From the sequence record MK250029.1: a stretch of 32,000 nt of DNA; one strand, written 5' to 3'. The notes under the pieces were generated by a model. That model had not been told where the DNA came from. It saw only the letters and a program-made list of their open reading frames with translations, and searched no databases. The stretch is from Prevotella phage Lak-C1. Position numbers and translations under genes: made by a program. Shown in pieces: positions 9,280 through 20,507 of the stretch (positions are counted from its first letter, which is position 1; every line of letters starts with the position of its first letter).

Positions 9280-12200
9280 ATGGCAGGATTTATGGATAAT
9301 AACAAATATGGTCATCATAATGTTCCACCTGTTGGCCTTAATGGATTTAATAAGATATGTTTCACTGATTAGAAAGAAGCAGAAAATATGTTGTTAAATA
9401 AGGCATTGTTACCAGGTTAGCTTACATTTGCATACTATTATGATAATGATTCAGCTAATGGTGTTAATGTCATGGCAGCAGTAGGTACATTAAAAGGTGA
9501 GAAAGACAATCATATTTTTGTTAGTTATGAAACTATAAATTAGTTAATTGACTCTATAGATGATTCTTTGGATGATTATGATACTAGCTTAATATATATT
9601 CGTAAGGAAGTTATGAATAAACTTTCTGTTTTAGAAGATGAATAGACTAAATTATCAAATAAGGTTGATAACATCTTACCAGATATACAACAAAAGTTAG
9701 AATCATTAGAATCAGCAGGAAAAGAATATACAGATACAAAAGTTAATGAATTATCTGAATATATTAATTCTTCTGTGATGGAAAAGATTAATAATTATGA
9801 AGGTACAATGTCTGATATGATATTAGATGCATCTTCTAAATTAGATAACATGCAGAAGGAATTTGAATCAAAAGCAGAGGAAATTCTTAATAGAAGTGAA
9901 GATATATATAATACTCTTGATGTTTCTCTTCGTAATTATGTTGATAATGAAATGTTAGGAATGCAGCAGTTCGTTCATTCTGAAACAACACAAGCAGTTA
10001 TTGACATGAATGCAAAATATGCTGTTTTGAAAAAAGCAGTTGCATCTATAAATGCGTCAGTTAATGATGTAGATATTAAACATAACAAAAAGGAAACAGA
10101 ATTAAATAGAACTATTGTTGAAACAGCAACACAATTAACAGAAGATTTACAGGTTGCTAATGTTTCACTTATTAATTATATTAATCAATAGTCAGAATTA
10201 TTTAATAAAAGAATCGATAAAAAGATTGATGAACTTGAATTTAATGTAAAATCTAAAAATATTGATTTAACAAATACGGTAGAAGAATATCAGCATAATA
10301 TTAAAAACGATATTGCAGTATTCAATACATCTATTAGAACTTTTGTTAAATCAAGTCTTGCCACAGTTTAGACAGATGTAAATTCAAAGTATTCAGAATT
10401 AAAAACATATGTTACATCAAATGATGCATCTTTATTAAATTATGTTAATGCACTTGAAGTTGCATAGAGAACATATATCAATAAGCATGATTCTGAAATT
10501 AAATCTTGGATTGCAACTGCTAATACTTCTTTATTTAATATTGTACGTTCAACTGATAGTAAGTTAAAGGATGATATTGATGCAATAGATTCACGTCATC
10601 AGGCAATGTATCGTTCAGTAGAATCAAGACTCGATAACCTTATTGATGATATTTCAACAGATCTTAATATCCTTGTTAATGAATATAATAAGGAAATTAA
10701 AAACTTTACACGTAAACATGTAAGCGATCTTGAAAATCAACTTAAAGTTCAAAATGTAAGTCTTGTAAATTATATTGACGATAAAGCACAGGAAGGGGTT
10801 AATGAAACTCGTTTACTCAATGCATCTCTTCGCACACAATTAAAGAATACCATTAATTTACTTAATACAAGTATTAATAATTCAATTCAATATACAGACG
10901 ATGAAATTTCTAATTTGAAAACATATGTTGATAATGAAAATTCATCTATTATAACTTATGTTGATAATCAAGATTCAAAAGTTAAGTTATATGCAGAATT
11001 AAAAGATAAAGAAGTAAAAAATTATATTGATGAATTAGAAGAACAACTTAAGAAATATTCTAATGAAGGTGATTCTTCCGTTGTTAATTATATTAAATTA
11101 ACAAAAGAGAATATTGAAGAATTTGTTAAAAAGCAGGATGAAGATACATTAAAGAAAGCATATATTCATGATGATGAAATCAGAAATAATATGATTGCAG
11201 ACTATAATGCATTTGTTCGTAAGCAAAAAGATATTGATGCATCTTTATTAAATTATGTTAAAAATACAGATACTTCATTATTTAATTATATTAAGAATAG
11301 AGATGAACAAATAAAGAGATGGATTGCTATTGGTGATACTTCAATTTATAATTATTTCAAGTCTATTAATACATCATTATTTAATTATGTAACAAAGAAA
11401 GATACAGATTTACAGAATACTATTGTAAATACAGGTACAAAGTTACAAAATGATATGGAAGTATTCAAGACAAATGTTAATTCAAAGATTGATTCTGCGA
11501 ATATTAATCTTGATAATAAGATGAATTCTTATAATACTTCAATGATGTCTTATATACAGTCTAATGATGTTTCTATTATAAGTGCTGTTAACAGTAAAGA
11601 TCATGATCTTGAAACAAAATTGAATAATGAAATTTCTAAAGTAAAAACACAATTAGAAACACAGGATTCATCAATTTTGAATTATGTATTAAATGCTGAT
11701 TCATCTATTAAGAATAATATTGCTATTATTAACGATACAATTAATAATGAACTTAAAATTGATATTAAGAAACTTAATACAAAAGTTGATGTAACAGAAT
11801 CTTCTATTGTTAATTATATCAATACTAATGATCATAAATTAGGTTCTTATATTGATGCAGAAATTACTAAAGCTACAAATAATTGTAAAGCAAATGATTC
11901 TTCTGTTGTTAATTTTATTAAGAAAGAAGATTCATCTATTGTTAATTATGTTAATGGTACAGTTAAGTAGGATTTACTTAATATGATTAATGATACAAAT
12001 ACATCAATTATTAATTATGTTGCTGCGAATTCTTCATTATTTAATTATATAACAAATAATGATACATTACTTAAAGCACTTATTGAAAGTAAAGATGGTT
12101 CTATTCTTAATTCATTAACATCTGCAGATGCTTCAATTATTAATTTAATAGAAAAATACAATACAGAATTAACAAATAAAATTAATTCAAATGATTCTTC

Positions 12201-15200
12201 TATTAATTCAAAAGTTGATAAGTTCAATACTTCTACATTTAGTCATTTTACATTACAAGATGCGAATATTCAAGCTAAATCTGATTTAGCAGATACATCT
12301 ATTGTAAGCTATGTAGACTCACAACTTTCTGGATTTAATACAAGTATTAATCAATCAGTTTCAAATATTAATAATAAGATTGATTCTGTAAAGACTGATC
12401 TTGAAAATACTATAGAAACAAATAATACTTCTATTGTTAATTATGTTAAAGCGCATGATGCTGATATTGAAAACATGATTATAACAAATAAGGAAGTTTA
12501 TAACTATATTAATACACAAGATACATCTATTGTTAATTTTATTAAGAAACAAGAATCAGAACTTGATAATAAAATTGATATTGTAAACAGTAACCTTAAT
12601 AATAAATTAGATACACAGAATGCAGAAATACGTCAGGAAGTTATCGATAAGGCAAATGAGGTTTATTATACATTATCAAATAAGATAACAGATTTAAGTA
12701 ATACTGTACAGGATAATGATACTTCTATTCTTAATTATGTTAAAGCATCTGATACTGATTTAAATAATAACTTATTACAGTTAGATACTAAACTTCATAA
12801 TGAATTAGACAATAATAAGACAGAATTAAATAACACTATTAATTCAGCTATTACAGATTATGAAAATAAGAGAACTGATTTTGAAACTAATGTTAATAAT
12901 GCTATAAGCGAATTTAAAACAGATGTTTCAACAAAATTCTCTTCATTCAATACAAAGCTTCATAACGAAATGAATGAGTTAATATCTAATGTTAATACAA
13001 GTATTAATGTTACAAATTCATCTACTATTAATTATCTTGAAAATGAAATTTCTAAAATTGATAATAAAGTTAATAATTAGAATTCTTCATTATCAGTTGC
13101 ATTTGAAAATTATAAAACAGCAACAGATACAATTCTTAATAATAAATTAGAAACAGTTAAATCAGATCTTGATAATACAATAAAAGATAAATTCACTGAA
13201 GTTGATATTACTCTTGACAAAGCAAAGACTGAATTAATTGCAACTAATGAAATATTTAAGAATGAAATTAATAATAGTATTATTAATTTAAATACAGAAG
13301 TTGACAATAAATTAAATGATTTCAAATCATATGTTGATTCAGAAAATATCAGTCAGGATATTAAAAACGAAACACGTTATAATACTTTAAAGAATGATAT
13401 TTCAACATTAGATAATCAAGTAAATACTCGTATTACTACACATGAAAAATTATGTGCTGCTGATATTGAAAATGCAAAAATTGAAATCAATAATAAGGTT
13501 AATACTGTTAATTCATCATTAGTAAGTTATATTGATAAGAATGATACTGAGATTAAACAGGAATTTGCAAATAGATTAGCTAATTTAACAAATTATGTTA
13601 ATACACAAGATGCTACATTAGATAGAAAGATTGATAAAGTTAATCATGATTTAACTGAAACAATTACAGATGTAGATTTACGTGCAACTACCGGTATTAA
13701 TAATCTTAGAACTGATATGAATTATGAGGTAGATAGATTAGATAATAAGATCGATGCCACAGAAAGAAGTATCAGAACTGATTTTGAAACAGCAGATAAT
13801 GCATTACGAGACGAAATAAAAAAGGTAGATCATGATATTCGTCAAGATATGACAACAAAGGATGATGATTTACAATAGCAAATATCAGACGCTAGTAAAG
13901 ATCTTAAACAATTTGTTATTGATTCATCTAATATGATTACAAAACATATTGCTAATGTTTCTTCTGATATTCATGATGTTATTTCCGATACATCTGCATT
14001 AATTTGGGGTTATATTGATAATACATCTAATGCTATTGTTGATTATGTTAAAATATCTGATACATCACTTAAAAATTATTCTGATATAGAAGATAATAAA
14101 TTAAAATTAAGAATTGAAAATGTTTCTTCTAAATTGATAGATGTAAGTAATGCATTAGATAAACTTATGGGTACTGGTGATGTTACTACAGCTATAGATA
14201 CATTTAAGGAAATTGAAGAATTCTTAAAAGCATACAGTAATAAAGATTCATTATCAGCATTATTAAAAACTAATTCAGATACTGATAAAGCATATGCTGA
14301 TACTATCTTACAACATTTTAAAGAATATATAGAGAATTATATATTAGATGGTTCTACTGATATTATCAATAAGATATATAATACATCAAATGATATTGTT
14401 CATTTTATTTAGGATGTTTCTAATAAATTTAAGTCTTATATTGATATTCAAGACGGAAAATTAGATGGAAAAATTACTACATTAAGAACAGATCTTGATA
14501 CTACAAATAGTAATATTACTGATTTAAAAGAATATGTTGATAATCAGGATGCAGCAATAAACAGAAAGATTACAATTTTATCAAATACAGTAGATCAAAA
14601 TAAGACAGATATTAATCAGAAAGTTGATTTATTGAAAGATTATGTTAATAATGATGTTTCTAATAAGATTGTTGCGTATGTAAATAATGTTTCTAATAAC
14701 ATTGTTAAATATATTGATAATACATCTAATAAAATTGTTGCATATGTAAATAATGCTTCTAATAAGATTGTAACTAAATTTGAAACAGAAGTAGGAAGAT
14801 TAGATACTCGTATTAATAATACTTCTGACTATATTGTTCATTATTTAAATGATACATCAGATGCTATTGTTGAATATATCACAACAAGATCAAATACTCT
14901 TAATACTAAAATTGATGATGTTTCTGATTATATTGTTCACCAATTTAATGATGTTTCAGACGGTTTATATAAGTTAATAACACTTAAGTATAATAATTTA
15001 TCATCTTCTATTGGAGACACGATTAAGAAACATAATGAAGATATATAGAATGTTCAACGATATGTTAATCAATAGATTGCAGATACAACTGATACATTAA
15101 GACAAGAAATTAAAGTTGTATAGGATAATGTAACTGCAGTAGATAGAAAATATAATGAAAAGTTTGTTACTTTATATAATAAAGATCTTAAAGATGTTAA

Positions 15201-17355
15201 TTCTTCTATCAGTAAGTTAAGACAAGATTTCGTTTAGGCTGATTATGATTCTAGTACATAGATTTATAATTATCTTAATGGTGACTTTAAAAATAGCATT
15301 ACTAATAATATAAATGGTATTAATAAAACTTTAACTGATTATATTAGAGATAATAATAAAGCTGTATCAGATCTTCATACTAAAGTTGACAATACTAAGA
15401 CAGAAATAATGACTCATGTTAATGCAAGTTATATTGAAGTTACAGGTAAAATCAATTCTGTTAATACAACATTAACAAAAGATATTAATACAAAATATAC
15501 TACGTTAGATGGTAAAATTAATGGTGTTAATACCACATTATCAGAATCTATTACAACTAAATATAATACATTAAATGATAGAATTACTTCTGTTAACAAT
15601 ACATTAACAAAGAGTATTGAAACAACAAATACTACTTTACAAGGTAATATTGATTCTGTTAATACTAATCTTATTAAACGTATTGATTCATATAATTCAT
15701 CATTAGCAAATTATACTGATGCTGAATCTACTAAATTATCAACTGCAATTAATAATGTAAATTCTACATTAACATAGAAAATAACATCAGAAATTTCTAC
15801 TGTAAATAGTTCTATTAAAGAGCTTAAAACATATGTAGATACTACATATTGGCAAAAGATAACAAACCATGTAGATACAAAAACATCTGCATTATCACAA
15901 CAGATTAAAACATTAGAAACAACTGTTAATAATAAATTAAACAATAATTTTGTAAGTAATGATGCTCTTAACACATTTGAAACAAAAATTAAACATTATG
16001 TAAATGATCAGGATAAGTTATATGATAGTTCTGTAAATGATTTATCAACAAGATTATCAACTACAAATACAAATCTTAAAAATCTTAAGGATCAATTTAC
16101 AGCATTAACATCAGAAAACGTAGACGGTACTATTAATACATACAAGGAAGTAGAAAAATTCTTAAAGAATATTAATGATACAACAACATTAGTTTAGTTA
16201 TTAGCAACTAATAAGCAAGAAGCTATTGATGCTGCTAATCAATATACAAATACAAGTATTAATAACTTTAAGAATAATTATATTACACCATAGTTTAATT
16301 CATATAATAGTAAATTTGATGCTATTGACGGAAGTGTAAATAATATTGAATCTAAAGTTACAAAATTAACATAGCAATCAAATACTTATTTAACTGCTAT
16401 CACTGCTGCAACAACAACAGCATTAGGTGGTATTAAATTAGGTTATGTTGATTCTGAAAAGAATGTAGCCGTAAGACTTTCAGAACAGAAAGCATATGTT
16501 ACTATTACAGATACTGCTATTAAGAAAGCTCTTGGTTTCACACCAGCTGCGCAAAATGCAAATGGTGAAGCATATACATTAACTGTTGCAAGTGATATTA
16601 AATTAGGTGGAATTAAAACCGGATATACACCAACAGGTGCAAATGCAAGTAAGCAATTGCCTGTTTCTGTTGATACAAATGGTGCTGCTTATGTAACACT
16701 TACAAATTCCGCTGTATCTGGAGCTTATACATATACATTACCAACTGCAAATCAATCTGAACTTGGTGGTATTAAAACAGGTTATAGAGATAATGGTAAT
16801 AACATACATGTAAAGGTTGATGGTTCAGGAAATGCATATGTAACACTTACTGAAACAGCAGTTAAAGGTGGATATAGTTATACATTACCAACTGCAGGTA
16901 CTTCTACACTTGGTGGTATTTGTACAGGATTTAGTAATACTGGTTCAAAAGTAAAAGTTGATATGAATAGTAATAATGCTTATGTCGAGATTACAAAAGC
17001 TGCAATTACAAATGCGTTAGGTTATACTCCATCACAACCAGTAACAGATGCAAATGGAAATCCAGTAGCTTATGTATTACCAACTGCAACTGGAAGTGTA
17101 TTAGGTGGTATTAAAACTGGTTATACTTTATCAAAATCAGGTACAACATTAAATATACCAGTTAATGTTGATGCGAAAGGTAATGCATATATAAGTATAA
17201 CATTAGCTGATTTATAGAGTATAGGTACAATAACAACAAATAATATTGCTGGAAATGTTACTACTATAATATAGTCTGATGAAGCATGGGTTACAAAACA
17301 ATAGTATGAAGGATTAGGAGATAAAGGCAGTAAGACTTATTACATTTATGAATAA
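9280..17355 (+). CDS. Fibre paralogue 4: giant tail-fibre-like coiled-coil protein, 2691 aa (code 15), with C-terminal LGGIKTGY repeat region
   Basis: All track fragments 9775, 10606, 11983, 13933, 14632, 15409 and 16657 are in one frame; 23 in-frame TAGs counted (9370, 9418, 9541, 9643, 10189, 10369, 10465, 11968, 13078, 13876, 14410, 15046, 15073, 15121, 15235, 15259, 15775, 16195, 16291, 16372, 17215, 17272, 17302); TAA at 17353-17355. N-terminal 'LPGQLTFAYYYDNDSANGVNVMAAVGTLKG' shared with the paralogues. Confidence 0.9.
16423..17220 (+). repeat. Protein-level tandem repeat (5 units beginning LGGIKTGY) in the distal part of the giant fibre
   Basis: Units begin at 16423 (LGGIKLGY), 16603 (LGGIKTGY), 16762 (LGGIKTGY), 16909 (LGGICTGF) and 17101 (LGGIKTGY), each followed by ..V.VD..GNAYVT[LI]T..A[VIL]. 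Confidence 0.85.
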
Positions 17356-17377
17356 TAATTCATTAATATTAAATAAT

Positions 17378-17418
17378 AAAAGAGGTATAGAAATATGATT
17401 TCTATACCTCTTTATTTT
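17378..17418. terminator. Bidirectional intrinsic terminator between convergent genes
   Basis: AAAGAGGTATAGAAAT (17379-17394) / loop ATG / ATTTCTATACCTCTTT (17398-17413), T-rich on the + strand side and A-rich upstream (T-rich for - strand). Confidence 0.85.
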
Positions 17419-17765
17419 TATTCTGTTTTCTTATTTCTCACTCTTCTTGTTTTCTTTGGTTTATTAATACCAAAGTCTTTTTCTATTTCATCTATAAAAG
17501 AATCTATTGATACTAATGCAGCAGGATCATCAATAAAAGGATCTAATTCCAAAAGAAACTGTGAAAAATCATTTCTATCTCTAAGAAATGCATTTAATCC
17601 TCTTCCTGAATCATAAACAAATTGAATTATAATATATCCATCAGGATCATTAATAAAACTAAAACCAATTGTTTGCTTTATATCAACAAATGTTTGTCCG
17701 ACTCTTATAAATGATTTTAATTTTCTATTTTTAAAAAACTCTTCATTCAATTCCAAATTATCCAT
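17418..17765 (-). CDS. Hypothetical protein, 115 aa, basic C-terminus
   Basis: MDNLELNEEFFKNRKLKSFIRVGQTF...KKTRRVRNKKTE; TAG-free, TAA stop; 2 nt from the end of the upstream nuclease gene. Confidence 0.8.
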   Translation of the reverse strand: MDNLELNEEFFKNRKLKSFIRVGQTFVDIKQTIGFSFINDPDGYIIIQFVYDSGRGLNAFLRDRNDFSQFLLELDPFIDDPAALVSIDSFIDEIEKDFGINKPKKTRRVRNKKTE

Positions 17766-17767
17766 AA

Positions 17768-18967
17768 TTATTCAAATAATGCATTTGCTGTTTTTACTGT
17801 TCCATCTGTATTAATATACTTATCCATTCCTTTAAAAATTTCTGCTTCAATTGCTTTCTTCTTATCATATCCTTCATATTGTGTACCCTTAAGTAATACT
17901 TGTGATTTAAGATTCCAGAAACTTTCAGATGGAATATCACCAATCATATAATCCAATGATTCTTTATAATCTTGTATATATTCAGGGAATAATTTACTAT
18001 TAAGTTCTACTAATACACGTTGACGCATTAATCGCTCACTGAAATCAATATCATTTATATCACGTTTACATACCTTCTCAAATACTGGTTTCAATTTATA
18101 TTCAGAATCTACCAAATCCTGTACAGTATTAATACCGATTATTTCACGGACTTTCTTTTCTTTACCAGGAGTAATTCTTACTTTACGTCCATCTTTATAC
18201 CAGTTATAAAATGAAGGAACACAATCACCATCATCACCACAGAAAATCTTATTAAGAACAACATCATTAGGGTTCTGTACAGATAATTCCATTATTGTAT
18301 TTGCTTGAAGTAATTGTTTAATGTATGTTTTTGACATATCTTCATTTTCAAAGAAAATATCAAAATTTGAATCTGCTGTATTATACCATGTTTCAAATGA
18401 TTCTGGAACATAAATATGTCTTTTACTTCCCTTCCCTTTACCTGTTGTATTATAGACGATACAATATTGATGTGTTATAGGATTAAAATCAATAAGCTAT
18501 CTAATATCAGCATCTGCACTTACTATAATAACATTATAATTTGGATATTTCTCAAAAACAATTTCTTTACACATTGCTGCAATATCATCTGCTTCACAAT
18601 GTTCAACTTTAGCAACATGCATAGAATTTTTTGATAAGATCTTAAGAAGATCATCAGAACACTGAAATATATTATCCCAATTAATTGACTCTGATTTCTT
18701 TCTATTTGATTTATATCCAGGATTTAAATCATCTCCTGGTAATACATCTTTACGCCATGCATGCTGTGAATCTGTTGCGATAATTACGTTTGTTGGTTTA
18801 AATATATTAAGAATTGAACATACATCCGTTGTAAATTTATACATAAATGAACGTACATCTTCAATTCTATTATAACCATTAACCTAACCATACAGACTAT
18901 TCATAAATAATGATCTGAATAAAAGGTTAGACCAATCCAATACCAATAATACTTTTTTACTTTCCAT
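17768..18967 (-). CDS. 5'-3' exonuclease / T4 RNase H-like (FEN/PIN family) nuclease, 399 aa (code 15)
   Basis: MESKKVLLVLDWSNLLFRSLF...ATDSQHAWRKDVLPG..YKSNRKKS...HVAKVEHCEADDIAAMCKEIV..NYNVIIVSADADIR-Q-LIDFN...NKIFCGDDGDCVPSF; acidic-residue pattern EADD...SADAD...GDDGD typical of FEN/RNase H (phage T4) nucleases. In-frame TAGs at 18884-18886 and 18497-18499. Confidence 0.8.
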
Positions 18968-19050
18968 TTCTCTAAAATACGAAACTCGTTTTATTTTATA
19001 TAATTATTTATTAGTATTGTTTAGCTAAAGTAAATTTATATATACTTATA

Positions 19051-20409
19051 TTATTGTTCAACAATCTTATACCAATATAAATTATATTTTGACTCCTGTT
19101 GTTTAGGTTTATTTGTAAATTTTTTCACTGCTAATGCATAAGAAGCTTTAATAGTCAAATTAAATATTGGTTTTTTATAAGATTCCAAATTAGCTATATT
19201 TTCTGATACTATATTTGTAATATTAGTATCCTAAGTAATTATATCTGTATCACTGCTGTTAGGATCATTTTTTTTACCTTCTATATCACTGTTGTTTGAA
19301 TCATCTTTTTTATCTTCTGTATTATTATATAATATAGGAATATTCTTAGATGAAAAATTATCATAATTTAAACCAGTGACAACATCTATTATTCGCTCTT
19401 TATCTTTATTATTAGAATCTTCTTCATCTTTAACTATTATCTAAACATTATAGAATGGTACTATAAATATAGAATCTGCATATTTTTCTAATTTGACGTC
19501 TTTTTCGTCATATATTCTTGATATAAGTTTCTTAATTTGTTCTTTAAAACTAGACGTTAATTTTATATCAAAAATAGATTCCCATCTAATTAGACAACCT
19601 AATCTCTAATATAACATTATATCACATAATTTTAACGGTTGCTAATCATTTATGACATATTGATCAGTTTTTGATTTTAATTTATCATCATTTATAAACA
19701 ATGTAGGCATATACTTATTATTGAAATAAATCTTTCTACAATAATCCAAATTTCCGCTAGAAATAACGATATATAATTTACCAGATAATAATTCCTAAAC
19801 AGTAGGTACATATGTTCCATCATATTCTACTGTTTCTGTTCTATCTTCTATTTCTTTATTTTTCTGTTCTTTATCATAATTAATATATTCATATCCTATT
19901 GGCATTATAGAATAACTGTTTTCACTACTATTATCAAAAAAATATAATCCTTTATAGTCATCCTATGCTATATATGAATCATTTAACGCCTTTAAATATT
20001 CATATCCATATTCTACAAAAATATCTTCTAATGATGCTTCATTTGCATTGGTTGCGAATACAGGATTAAGTACACACCCAGCAAACTGCATTGCATTATA
20101 TGTTTTATTTGTATTATTAGGGTCTTTATACTCCTGAAAATAATCATATTTATAATAATTGTCATTTAATTTATTATTATCAAAATATGTCTCATTTTCT
20201 TTAACAATATATTCTTCTGCATTTATATCATGTCTATATGTACCATAATTTCTATAAAAGTCATTATTTACTTGATGTTCATCTGATGCAATATCAGCTA
20301 CTTTTTTATTTTCAATATCATATGATAATCTATCATAACGTGAAAAATCAAATATATTAGTATATGTCTTTAATATTTTCTCATATTCATTATTAACAAT
20401 ATCTGCCAT
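19051..20409 (-). CDS. Hypothetical structural-type protein, 452 aa (code 15)
   Basis: MADIVNNEYEKILKTYTNIFDFSRYDRLSYD... continues past TAG at 19963 in the same frame; further in-frame TAGs 19795, 19642, 19606, 19441 and 19231; TAA at 19051-19053. Confidence 0.8.
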
Positions 20410-20507
20410 ATTTATATATACGTATAAATATTTATAATATTTATTAAATGTATATCAACTATTTAAACAAATAAATATTTAAATCAATTTTAATACAATT
20501 TTATTAA

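Noticed and set aside
9280-17355. Interpretation as occasional programmed TAG read-through under the standard code
   Set aside because: 23 successive TAGs in one gene could not yield full-length protein by leaky read-through at normal efficiencies.
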